The notes: generated by a model not told the origin, from the sequence alone. DNA of 20,000 nt from an uncultured virus (IMG/VR IMGVR_UViG_3300029288_000156) (IMGVR_UViG_3300029288_000156), one strand, 5' to 3'. Counted from the first letter of the stretch, positions 8,759 through 17,858 are shown. Numbers and translations are program-made.

Positions 8759-10483
8759 CTACATCGACTGCCAAGTGTCGCCGTTATAAAATAGCACAGT
8801 TGTGCCATTATACCAGCAGTCACCAAATATTGGGCTACGCCCAAGCAAGATTATTAAACGTGGAAGGACATATTCTTCATAGAATGCATTTGCAGCTGTA
8901 TCGGTGTCAGCTGGCAGTTTTGTGTAGTCGATACAGAGCTGAACTGTCTTCCTGACAAGACCACCAGTATTGCCATACCGGCTGATACCTTCGACAGGTA
9001 TGATTCCTGTCTGTGAATCGAGGTCGATTGTATTGCCAAGTCCCTGATCTTGCTCACAGACAAACCGGTTTTCCTCGGAAGGAGGAATCGGTGTCGTCAA
9101 TGTTGATGTTGAACCAACCATTGCTCGGCATTGTCCATCCGTTGGTGTCCATCTCGGTACGCGGCTAATCGAGAAGGAGCTTAACCTAGTAGCAGTTTGT
9201 AAGAATGTTGCGGATTGCTCTGGTAGAAGTGATTCGAAAGTATCAAAGAAAAGGTCGATGACGTCTGATGTCGAGCCCCATAGGCTGCTTAGAACTACGT
9301 GTCCTCTGCCGAAATCCTGGAAATAAAGCTCAAAATCAGTTCCTGATTGCAATAATAGGTCGTTAATTGGTTCAATCGCCACAATATCACCAGTGACCAT
9401 ATTTCGCAGTAAATCTAATCGCGCAAATTCGATAGGATCTGGCGACGGGCTTAGTCTAGTGACATTATGTGTTGCAAAGAAGAATCGTAATTGATCATTT
9501 GTCGTCCCTACTGGCTGGATTCTACTAATCCAAACAGGGAAGTATGTGCCACTTGTATCACCAGTCGGCTCGTCACCAGCAGGCGCTACGATGTTGAATT
9601 CACGGAACATCGAAGCTGGGATAGTTACAACAAACGTTCCGCTAGATGTTCTGGTGGAATCGGCACCGAATGGGTAGTTGAATGCATTTAACCAGGATGC
9701 TGCATCACTTGCGATATTAGGAATAGCATTATTACAACTGTCCACCAACATGCCGGTTCCGTGGCTCACAGGAGTTGGAGAGTAACTATTGATCTCTGAC
9801 GGTGTAGCACCTGTATTGGCAATCTGGTAAACTGTCGGTAAAACTGCTCCGGGTGCGACGAGGTTATAGAATGCTTGAACGATAGGATCATTCTGTGGAA
9901 GGGTTCGGAAAGTAATGAACCCATCGATCGTCGCAGATTCACTAACATCAATATTTATCGGCTCTTCCGTGCAGACGGTCAACCGCGATCGCTGATAGGT
10001 CAATTCGCTGTCTATAGTATAATCGGCAGTGAATAGAGCGATTTCACTTGGGCTATCAGCTTTGACCGCTGTGAAGATTAGACGTAGGACGCCAGTATAA
10101 GTACCAGTTGTGCCTGGATTGACGCCACTTTCCCGCTTGATTTTCGCCAGCCGGAAATCATACCAATCCTTTGGCGTCGACATATGCAAATCCCAAATCC
10201 AGCCATTTGGTAATTGGGCACTTGTAGTAGAATTGATTACGCTGGCTTGAATGAGGAATGGGAAGATTGCCTCATGCCCGATACTGATGCTTAGGGAATC
10301 AAGCGTCTTCGCGAGAATAAGTTGTCGGAGAGTGATATCCGCCATTGGGCGGTTCATTGCCTCGTAATATACGGGATCAGTCGGGGTGATCCAGCGGACA
10401 TTCAAAGTTGAATCAGTGGTCAGTGCTTGGAAAAGATTCCCAGGTGCGACTGTTGGGACTAGACTGGGATTAATTGTGGGCAT
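8759..10483 (-). CDS. Putative virion structural protein (574 aa)
   Basis: GGAGAG SD; Pro/Thr-rich. Has an N-terminal MNRPMADITLRQ..L..LD helix and a C-terminal PIFGDCWYNGTTVLFYNGDTW motif of the GDxW..xNGxxW type seen in phage fibre/baseplate proteins. Confidence 0.55.
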   Translation of the reverse strand: MPTINPSLVPTVAPGNLFQALTTDSTLNVRWITPTDPVYYEAMNRPMADITLRQLILAKTLDSLSISIGHEAIFPFLIQASVINSTTSAQLPNGWIWDLHMSTPKDWYDFRLAKIKRESGVNPGTTGTYTGVLRLIFTAVKADSPSEIALFTADYTIDSELTYQRSRLTVCTEEPINIDVSESATIDGFITFRTLPQNDPIVQAFYNLVAPGAVLPTVYQIANTGATPSEINSYSPTPVSHGTGMLVDSCNNAIPNIASDAASWLNAFNYPFGADSTRTSSGTFVVTIPASMFREFNIVAPAGDEPTGDTSGTYFPVWISRIQPVGTTNDQLRFFFATHNVTRLSPSPDPIEFARLDLLRNMVTGDIVAIEPINDLLLQSGTDFELYFQDFGRGHVVLSSLWGSTSDVIDLFFDTFESLLPEQSATFLQTATRLSSFSISRVPRWTPTDGQCRAMVGSTSTLTTPIPPSEENRFVCEQDQGLGNTIDLDSQTGIIPVEGISRYGNTGGLVRKTVQLCIDYTKLPADTDTAANAFYEEYVLPRLIILLGRSPIFGDCWYNGTTVLFYNGDTWQSM

Positions 10484-10506
10484 ACATTCTCTCCATGTTA
10501 GGCATC

Positions 10507-11976
10507 TTATCTTTGATTATGTATAAAACATAGTTTTTCACCACCATATTTACGGACATAACCTTTTGCTTCAGCAAATTCAGATTCAGTCATTTTCTGT
10601 TTCACTGCCCTTCCGTAGAGCGTTCTCTTGTGCATAACATATCCGGAAATATCTACGTACCAATAATCAGCAGGAACGGTGTGATGTAATCTGAAATTGC
10701 TTGCTTTATAAATTCCACCATCGTGTCCGACAGTCGTGTCGGCGTAGGCTACAATCAATTTACAGCTTATCTGTTTTAAGGCTCTCTTTATAAACCAACT
10801 AGCAAAATTCTTTTTATGGTATGAGGGATGAATACATAACCTAGATAACTCTCGGACCTCTCCATCGACTAGCCCAAACTGGCCAGATGTATTTTGTCGG
10901 AGTGGCGGACTAAAAACGATAGCAGCCACCAATAAATCACCAAGAAATGCACCAAATGCCTTTCCGCCACGATCCTTCCCAAGATAATGATAAAGATCTA
11001 AAAACTGTTTGGTTTCATAGCTATCAATAGCTCTAAGTGTCAAATCTGCAAATTTGAATTCTTTTGTTTCTATTTGTAGTCCTAACTTCAATTTTAATCG
11101 ATCTAATACTCTGTCTTTGCAATAAAATTCGTGCTCCCAAACATACATTATTTCGTATTCTGGAAAATATCGGCTAATATAGGTGAATTTTCCTTTGTCT
11201 CTTCGTTCTGCGTTCTCAAGTGTGTGCCAATAATCTCCCTGGCACTCTATCAACAGTTTCTTTTCTCCATTTACGACTAAACAATCAAAAACATAATAGC
11301 CTATTCTTGTTTGCTCACTTTCTTTGTAGTATTCTATCCCAAGCTCATCCAAATAAGCATAGAGCATTTTCTGAATTGATGAAATTTTTCCTGATTGTGC
11401 TGCTCTAGCTATTGCTGAAGATATTCTGTGTTTTTCTCTTACTTCTGGCCTTTCGAAGTGAAAATTCTTATATAGGTCCTTCCATTTGTCAATATCATTA
11501 ATAATGCTGACTTTAATTGCCTGATGTGCCATATGCCTTATTTTGGCCATATGGTCTTTAAACCACGATTTCTTTTTAAACTCCGCTAGTGCTATAGCTC
11601 TCGCTTCAGCCTTCTTAGGATTGATCTTATTGTCAGCTCTAACTGATTCTGTTACTCGTTGCCGTAATTCTGGTGTATTCCATAATGTCTTTGCAGCTTT
11701 TGAACATCTGGCCTTATGTTCTAACGTGGCAGCAGTCTTATTGAACGATTTTTTCCATTTTTCCAATCTACTTGGGTCATCGATATACGATTTCACGGAG
11801 CAGCTCTTGCATAAATAGTACCCCTTAGCTCCCCATTTTCTAGTTAGAGCTCTAGTGCTCAGTCTTGTAGTAGTACCGCAAGCACAAGATACTTCAACAA
11901 AATATTTCTCAGATATTGGTAGATGTACATTTGCAAATTGTCTCGCTAGATCGCCAGTTAATTTATCTATAAGCAT
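10507..11976 (-). CDS. Zn-ribbon + Vsr/DUF559-like endonuclease + Mom-like (GNAT-fold) fusion; Hef-like putative homing endonuclease
   Basis: CACG..CKSC Zn ligands, then basic helical repeats. Nuclease core YVFDCLV..LLIECQGDYWH..RDKGK..MYVWEHE. C-terminal FLDLYHYLG..ELSRLCI..ASWFIKRAL..IVAYADTTVGHDGGIYKASNF matches the Mom-family pattern. Confidence 0.75.
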   Translation of the reverse strand: MLIDKLTGDLARQFANVHLPISEKYFVEVSCACGTTTRLSTRALTRKWGAKGYYLCKSCSVKSYIDDPSRLEKWKKSFNKTAATLEHKARCSKAAKTLWNTPELRQRVTESVRADNKINPKKAEARAIALAEFKKKSWFKDHMAKIRHMAHQAIKVSIINDIDKWKDLYKNFHFERPEVREKHRISSAIARAAQSGKISSIQKMLYAYLDELGIEYYKESEQTRIGYYVFDCLVVNGEKKLLIECQGDYWHTLENAERRDKGKFTYISRYFPEYEIMYVWEHEFYCKDRVLDRLKLKLGLQIETKEFKFADLTLRAIDSYETKQFLDLYHYLGKDRGGKAFGAFLGDLLVAAIVFSPPLRQNTSGQFGLVDGEVRELSRLCIHPSYHKKNFASWFIKRALKQISCKLIVAYADTTVGHDGGIYKASNFRLHHTVPADYWYVDISGYVMHKRTLYGRAVKQKMTESEFAEAKGYVRKYGGEKLCFIHNQR

Positions 11977-12038
11977 AGCCTATTTACTTTTGAGACAATA
12001 AACAAACCATAGCACCTGAGAACTCAAACTGGAAAGTT

Positions 12039-13436
12039 ATGATCACGCTTTTTACAAACCACTGGGACCACAAGAACCAAGAGAGACAAAGCGAAATCGA
12101 TTATTGCATAAATAGGAATATCGATAATCAGCATATTGATCGTGTCGTTATAATAGGACAGTCGTCAGCACGAGCACGTCTGAATATCAGACAAGATCAA
12201 GATGTTGAATTAATACGATATCTAGCTAAATTCAAAATCGATAGCAAGAGATTAGGAAAAATCTTATGGGAGGATTTCGACTGCACTAGAAATACATATA
12301 ACAGACCGACGTTTGAAAATTTTTTCTATCTAGTGAATAAATATTGTAGCTCACCAGCTGACATTAGCATCATTACAAATTCAGACATCTATTTTGATAG
12401 TACTATTAGAATTCTGAGTCAGATAGATTTTACTGATACTTGTATTGCGCTATCAAGACATGAAGCTGATACTGGGCGTCTACTAGTTGGCTCGAATAGC
12501 CAAGATAGCTGGATCTTCCAAGGCAAAATCAGACCAATATCTAATATTGGCTTTCCGATGGGTATAAATGGCTGCGATGTCCATTTAAACTGGCGACTAG
12601 CTAACGCCGGTTATAGATTAGTAAATCCCTGTTTCTCAATAAAATCGCTGCATGTGCATAACAATCCCTACGTTGCTGATAGGGGTAATAATGAGTTGAT
12701 GGTGCTAGAGCATAAATATGTTGATCATTGCTCAATAGATAATTATAAATCACAAAAATTTGAATCGGGGATTATAGCTTTTAGTTTATTTGGAGATCAC
12801 AAGAAGTATTGTTACGGTGCGATTAAGAACGCTGAGCTAGCCAAATTCATTTATCCAGGATGGGTTGTTAGATTTTATGTCGACGATACCGTACCGGAGC
12901 ACATAATAACAACACTGGGTAATCTAGATGTAGAGATAATAACAAAACCAAGAAGTATCGGTCTTGACGGCATGTTTTGGAGATTGGCCGTAGCTGATGA
13001 TCTTGGGTATCGTAGATGGATCATAAGAGATGCCGACAGTAGATTAAGTTATAGGGAGAGAGCAGCTGTCGATGACTGGATGTTGTCTGGATTACCATTT
13101 CACACCATGCATGACCACCCATATCACGTTACTCCAATAATGCCAGGTATGTTTGGTGGTATAAGTGGATACTTTAATATGGGTGCAGCTATTTCGTCAT
13201 GGACCAGAACAGGTAAGTATGGTGACGATGAGCATTTCTTGACCAATATTGTGTGGCCCAATATTAAAAACAAGATTTTAATGCACAATAGCACGAATAA
13301 CCATTGGGATAGTATAGCAAGACCATTCCCGACATCAAGAGAGTTTGGTCGTTTCGTTGGCGAAATATTCGATGAGCATGAACACTGCCATCTTCAAAAT
13401 CGAGACATAATATTACAAACACCAGAACTTAGATAG
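12039..13436 (+). CDS. Two-domain putative glycosyltransferase
   Basis: N-domain has a GT-A-like IITNSDIYFD motif, CIALSR, SQDSWIF and GCD..NPC..I.SLHVH. C-domain has IAFSLFG..Y..GAIKN...YPGW..RFY, GMFWR, IIRDADSR (DxD), FHTMHDHPYH and DDEHFL...VWP, a pattern of uncharacterised GT-like proteins of large viruses. Confidence 0.6.
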   Translation: MITLFTNHWDHKNQERQSEIDYCINRNIDNQHIDRVVIIGQSSARARLNIRQDQDVELIRYLAKFKIDSKRLGKILWEDFDCTRNTYNRPTFENFFYLVNKYCSSPADISIITNSDIYFDSTIRILSQIDFTDTCIALSRHEADTGRLLVGSNSQDSWIFQGKIRPISNIGFPMGINGCDVHLNWRLANAGYRLVNPCFSIKSLHVHNNPYVADRGNNELMVLEHKYVDHCSIDNYKSQKFESGIIAFSLFGDHKKYCYGAIKNAELAKFIYPGWVVRFYVDDTVPEHIITTLGNLDVEIITKPRSIGLDGMFWRLAVADDLGYRRWIIRDADSRLSYRERAAVDDWMLSGLPFHTMHDHPYHVTPIMPGMFGGISGYFNMGAAISSWTRTGKYGDDEHFLTNIVWPNIKNKILMHNSTNNHWDSIARPFPTSREFGRFVGEIFDEHEHCHLQNRDIILQTPELR

Positions 13437-13446
13437 GTCAATGGTA

Positions 13447-13476
13447 TTCAAAGATACTCAGGAAATTAAGTATAAT
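13447..13476 (+). promoter_or_regulatory. Putative promoter upstream of the 298-aa gene
   Basis: TTCAAA (13447-13452), 18-nt spacer, perfect TATAAT (13471-13476); overlaps a TCAAAGATA motif. Confidence 0.4.
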
Positions 13477-13502
13477 GCCGTTCGAGTCTCAAGGAGCTGA
13501 CC

Positions 13503-14399
13503 GTGGATAGTCTTTACACAGTTCACAAATATTTCAACGAAGCATGCTCTGCCGCTGGAATACACACGGAATTATTGGTCAGTGAAGATGACCTACGCAT
13601 AGCACTGGTCAAGCAGCCGTTAGGCCCAATCACAACGCACTTACGAAATATCGCCACTGCAAAAGGAATTATCGCCGAGACGAGAATAGCCTCGTCAGGC
13701 ACGATGGTAATAATGACTTCAAACCCTAATACCAGTATATCATCCGTCACCAAGGCCACTGAGTTCAAGTTCGGCAAGTTCTATCATGCTCTCAATGAGG
13801 CATTTGAGAAGCCTTGGGAAAAGAAAGAGGATGAAGAGGACGACAAGCCAGAAGAGAAGAAAAAGGACTGGGAACCTGATGAGAATGAACCACCTCGCGC
13901 CAAGGACCGTTTCTTTGAAGACCGCCAAGCTATGTTAAATAATAGCATAGATGAAGCTCTCAATGGCATTGCTGTACCTGACGGTGCCGCACAACCTGGT
14001 GTTGGCGTCAAGATGCTGAATAAAGCATTAGCCGCTAAGACTAAATCTGGTTTGACATTGAAGGATGCATTAAAGAAACAAGGAATCACGTGGCATGTTG
14101 CAGAACCGGGTTCTCATGTTGTCGTCTTTAAGGGTAAGAATGGCGACGAGAAATGGAGAGTAGAGCCTATGACGCTCTCGGATACGAAGGTATTTGAGAA
14201 GACAATGGAGGCTCTTTGGTCTGTGGCGTTGGGTAAAGCACCGAATGCCAAAGAACTAGAACTCGACGCTGCTAAACAGCGTGCTAAAGAATTAGGTGAT
14301 CACCAGAAAGAAATTTCTGGGCTGGTGGATCAGATCACCGGCAAGTACGCACCGCAACCAGTAGCAGGGGACAAGAATGCCGCCGTCAATCCCAGATAA
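13503..14399 (+). CDS. Hypothetical protein, possibly internal head protein
   Basis: AAGGAG SD at 13491-13496 before a GTG start; highly charged segment KPWEKKEDEEDDKPEEKKKDWEPDENEPP; C-terminal coiled segment. Confidence 0.6.
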   Translation: MDSLYTVHKYFNEACSAAGIHTELLVSEDDLRIALVKQPLGPITTHLRNIATAKGIIAETRIASSGTMVIMTSNPNTSISSVTKATEFKFGKFYHALNEAFEKPWEKKEDEEDDKPEEKKKDWEPDENEPPRAKDRFFEDRQAMLNNSIDEALNGIAVPDGAAQPGVGVKMLNKALAAKTKSGLTLKDALKKQGITWHVAEPGSHVVVFKGKNGDEKWRVEPMTLSDTKVFEKTMEALWSVALGKAPNAKELELDAAKQRAKELGDHQKEISGLVDQITGKYAPQPVAGDKNAAVNPR

Positions 14400-15027
14400 T
14401 AGACTTCGGTTTCCGGCACCGCTTATCGATTTTGCCACCGAAGTCGGTCTGACTGGGCAGGATCACGAGCATTTTCCATATCCTGACGCACAGCCGCGAT
14501 GGGATTGGATGCTGATGTGGTATATCAGTCTTTTGGCGAATCAAGCATCTTATGAAGAACCAACCCAATATCGCGATGGAACGCTATGGTTCGACCTAAA
14601 TACATTGACTTTGAAGATCTGGCGCAGCAGCCTAGAGAATATAACCGGCTCATGGATGAGTTTGGGCAGCGTTATAGATCTTGAGACTGTAGCTGGCGTT
14701 CCTGTTAAGCTGAGTGATTGGTATACTTCTACCAATAATAAGCTTTCTGGTGGCTCGCCACAAATCACTTTCAGTGGAGCTGTCACATCTGATACAGCAA
14801 CCGAGATTCCAGTACCAGTGACGCTACAGGGCAATATTGATATATTCAAAACCAGACCATTTGTTTATATCAATGGCATACTGGTTGATCCAAGACAATC
14901 CGAATATTATACAGCAACGACCATCAATTTGATAAGCCCAGTCCAGCTTGTTAAAAATGATAAGTTCACTGTTGTCATCATGAACATATTACCAGCCAAC
15001 TTCTCAATCCCGGATGTAGTGGTCTGA
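14377..15027 (+). CDS. Putative tail-associated structural protein
   Basis: EPTQYRDGTLWFDLNTLTLKIW..GSW is a PxxGxLWxDxxxxxLKxW fibre-type motif; C-terminal beta domain with VYINGIL..DKFTV. Confidence 0.6.
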   Translation: MPPSIPDNRLRFPAPLIDFATEVGLTGQDHEHFPYPDAQPRWDWMLMWYISLLANQASYEEPTQYRDGTLWFDLNTLTLKIWRSSLENITGSWMSLGSVIDLETVAGVPVKLSDWYTSTNNKLSGGSPQITFSGAVTSDTATEIPVPVTLQGNIDIFKTRPFVYINGILVDPRQSEYYTATTINLISPVQLVKNDKFTVVIMNILPANFSIPDVVV

Positions 15028-15692
15028 TGATTACCATACTATTAGCAATCGATGGTATCGCGTTTTTGGTCATATTAGCGACACTCAGTATCGTTTTCAT
15101 TATCTTGTCTGCCGTTGATGAGCCAAGCCCGCAAGGTTCAAGTATCGTCTTGTTCATTACACTGGTTTTAGCTGCACTTTTCACAGAAGCCGGTCCTGCT
15201 GCATGGACATCCCCTTGGACCGCAGTGTTATGTGTCGGCGGTTATTTTCTCACTGGTTGTATCTATTCGATTTTTGTACGTTGGCCGTTATACCTCTACG
15301 GCTTACGCAGGCAACTGAAAGCAGTAAAGGTGGGCCTGCTATTAGACAATAATATTGATCTGTCTACTGTCGGTGTACCAAAATCAAGCACTGGCTCAAA
15401 TGTAATAATTGGCCCAAATCATAAACTGTTCAAGTTATGGGCTTCGAGAGTTTATGATATTGGTCGATATAATGGGATGTGCATTAATAATGAAGGAATT
15501 CTCATTCCGCCGCAATACCACGACAATAAGGCACGACTGTTGACATGGGCAATCCTTTGGCCATGGAATGTTTTGTGGGTCTGCATCCGCAAACCCATCA
15601 TTTGGATTTTTGAAGAATTGCTCAACCTGCAAATCCTGAAACGCATTTCGCAGGCAATGTCGAATTGGATGTTTAAGGATTTCAACAAGTAA
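15027..15692 (+). CDS. Hypothetical membrane protein
   Basis: About three N-terminal hydrophobic segments plus C-terminal LLTWAILWPWNVLW; translationally coupled at both ends (TGATG, TAATG). Confidence 0.7.
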   Translation: MITILLAIDGIAFLVILATLSIVFIILSAVDEPSPQGSSIVLFITLVLAALFTEAGPAAWTSPWTAVLCVGGYFLTGCIYSIFVRWPLYLYGLRRQLKAVKVGLLLDNNIDLSTVGVPKSSTGSNVIIGPNHKLFKLWASRVYDIGRYNGMCINNEGILIPPQYHDNKARLLTWAILWPWNVLWVCIRKPIIWIFEELLNLQILKRISQAMSNWMFKDFNK

Positions 15693-16786
15693 TGGACGAT
15701 TTGCCAAATCGCGTCCTGTACCTAGATGATGAAAGATCTGATATGGAAAACGTTATAAGCCTCAACGAATCATTCGGCAACGCTTACGCTGGTAAGATTG
15801 AAATAATCGTCAAAGACAGGCACGGACGAGTGCTTGAACACGTCTGTGATCACAACATCGTCAAGATCGGGGCCAAAGAAATATTAGCGCATCGCTTGCC
15901 TTATGAAAAGATCTGGGATCCGAATGCGAGCAGTGGAGCCGGTGCTTGGGTGGCTAGTGGACTAAATGCTGCCGATTATGCACCGAAGTACATCTTATTC
16001 GGTGCATCATTTGACCCGACTACTCTTGCTGCACTCGATACAATGGACCCGCGATATTATACGACAGATCCAATCACAGGTCTGACGGTTCCGATTACTC
16101 TCGGTGTTGGTGCGGAATATGAGGGTGGCCTCATTAACGCAATTCCGATTTCTGATCCAGGAAGGCCGTTAAAGAGAGTTGAGCAGATTTTCTTTCAAGC
16201 AACATATCAACCAGCTGGAACGCCATTGATGCAGGACGATGTTCGTGCGATGAATAACATCGTTGTGTTCGAGACGACACTTACTAAGGATGAGTACAAT
16301 GGTTTCGGCTTGACTGATACCGATTACTTCACTATTACCGAAGTAGCGTTGGCTGGTGGTAAAGAACTCAGCAATAGCGATGTCGGTCAATGCGAATGCG
16401 ATCCGAAAACGCTCTTCCTAGAAGGCAAATCTGATGGAACACCAATAATTGTGAATGCAAATAACACGGCCACAATTTCTATCGATATCCAAGATTTACC
16501 ATATGCTGATGTTGTTGGCGTCGGCGACCAAATAAAACTTGTTGCTTCCGATGGTACAACGTTGCCACAGATTAATGACCATTATTTAGTGACATCTAAA
16601 TTGATCGGTGGTAGCGACATCGGGCTAGACAGAACACCAGTAGATCTCAACGGTGATCCGATTAGCGGAACGATAGGAATGTATAGAGATTCGCTGCGAT
16701 TATTCAGTCAGCGCATACTTCAAGTGCCATTTAAGAAGAGCGCTGACTTTATGATTGTGGTACGCTGGTCGATTATCATGGGGTAA
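15692..16786 (+). CDS. Tail-collar/baseplate-like structural protein with internal insertion
   Basis: GKIEIIVKD..G.V....HNIVKIG N-terminus, VVFETTL..E.NG..ITEVAL core and LFSQR..PFKKSADFMIVVRWSI C-terminus. The true start may be the second Met (MENVISL). Confidence 0.6.
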   Translation: MDDLPNRVLYLDDERSDMENVISLNESFGNAYAGKIEIIVKDRHGRVLEHVCDHNIVKIGAKEILAHRLPYEKIWDPNASSGAGAWVASGLNAADYAPKYILFGASFDPTTLAALDTMDPRYYTTDPITGLTVPITLGVGAEYEGGLINAIPISDPGRPLKRVEQIFFQATYQPAGTPLMQDDVRAMNNIVVFETTLTKDEYNGFGLTDTDYFTITEVALAGGKELSNSDVGQCECDPKTLFLEGKSDGTPIIVNANNTATISIDIQDLPYADVVGVGDQIKLVASDGTTLPQINDHYLVTSKLIGGSDIGLDRTPVDLNGDPISGTIGMYRDSLRLFSQRILQVPFKKSADFMIVVRWSIIMG

Positions 16787-16809
16787 GTAAATAGAGGCGG
16801 AGACGCCTC
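16785..16809 (+). promoter_or_regulatory. TAAATA late-promoter-like box followed by an RBS-sequestering GNRA hairpin upstream of the endonuclease
   Basis: AAGTAAATA, then stem GAGGCG (16794-16799), loop GAGA and stem CGCCTC (16804-16809), immediately before ATG 16810. Confidence 0.6.
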
Positions 16810-17823
16810 ATGCCATCTGGAAAACCTATAGATTGGTCGTTGTACGACGACATTATCACTGCCAATTTGCCATTTTCTACTATCAGAGAATTCGGCAATA
16901 AACATCTACCCAATATAAGTCACAAGACTATTGGGACCAGAGCGAGAAAATTGGGTATATCTCCGGCTTCCTACAAACCGACGCCAGAGCATAGAGCCGG
17001 AATAGCTGCGACACTCTCTAAAGATACACCAGAATTAGTTGATAGATTGAAGGAATTGCGTGATTCTCTATCTATTAGAGCTCTATCAACAGAACTTGGC
17101 ATAAGCTGCAACACAATATACATTTTAGCTAAAAAACACGGAATATCTCTTTCAGAATTAGGCAGACAGAGAGCACGCAGAGCGTCCACTAACGGGAGTA
17201 TCGGTAAAGTTCCGTGGAATAAAGATGGTAAATTGGATGATAGTACGAAACGCAAGATATCTGAAGCGGTCAGAGGTGAACGCAATGGTTGGTATGGCCA
17301 CAAGATGACAGATGATGAAAAGAATAGTAGGCGATCAGTTTATTTCACCAGTGGTATTCTTAAAATGCGAGAATACTTAAAATCAGATGCTGGTATTCTC
17401 GCACGAAAGAAATCTACCGCAAAACTGCAATCTGATGAGTACAGGCTTCGAGCTTCAAAAAGAGCATCTGAATTGTCAAAGCAAGGAAAAACGAAACATC
17501 GCGGGCACGGAAAGCGATTAAAGACAGGTAAGGGCGGTGAATTTACGACCAAATCGACCTATGAAACGAGGTATGTCAAGATATTAGAGGATGATGATAA
17601 TGTTGTGGCCTTCAAATATGAGCCCTTCGACGTCGAATATGAGTTCAACGGAGTAAAATTATTTTACACACCGGATTTTCTTGTGTCGTATGCTGGTGGA
17701 TATGAAGAATTGATCGAAGTAAAGCCAATGAAGATGGTTTCCTGGTCGAAGAATCAAGCGAAATTCAGAGCTGCAAATGGCAAACATAAGTGTTTCAAGA
17801 TCATAACAGAAAGAGATCTGTAG
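16810..17823 (+). CDS. Free-standing putative homing endonuclease: HTH + NUMOD3-like + TnsA-N/gp4-like PD-(D/E)xK nuclease
   Basis: HTH-like segments (SIRALSTELGISCNTIYILAKKHGI), NUMOD3-like PWNK..STKRKISEAVRGERNGWYG, and nuclease KSTYE..LEDDDNVVAFKYEP..YTPDFLV..LIEVKP. Confidence 0.8.
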   Translation: MPSGKPIDWSLYDDIITANLPFSTIREFGNKHLPNISHKTIGTRARKLGISPASYKPTPEHRAGIAATLSKDTPELVDRLKELRDSLSIRALSTELGISCNTIYILAKKHGISLSELGRQRARRASTNGSIGKVPWNKDGKLDDSTKRKISEAVRGERNGWYGHKMTDDEKNSRRSVYFTSGILKMREYLKSDAGILARKKSTAKLQSDEYRLRASKRASELSKQGKTKHRGHGKRLKTGKGGEFTTKSTYETRYVKILEDDDNVVAFKYEPFDVEYEFNGVKLFYTPDFLVSYAGGYEELIEVKPMKMVSWSKNQAKFRAANGKHKCFKIITERDL

Positions 17824-17829
17824 ATGGTC

Positions 17830-17858
17830 TTGTAAGAGGAGGCATGTTGTGTTTTAAT
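17830..17858 (+). promoter_or_regulatory. Putative sigma70-type promoter for the GNAT gene
   Basis: TTGTAA (17830-17835), 17-nt spacer, TTTAAT (17853-17858), with an extended -10 TG at 17850-17851. Confidence 0.45.

Noticed and set aside
16810..17823. Tn7-like transposon suggested by the TnsA-like domain
   Set aside because: No TnsB/TnsC or terminal repeats. The HTH/NUMOD3 fusion fits a free-standing phage endonuclease.
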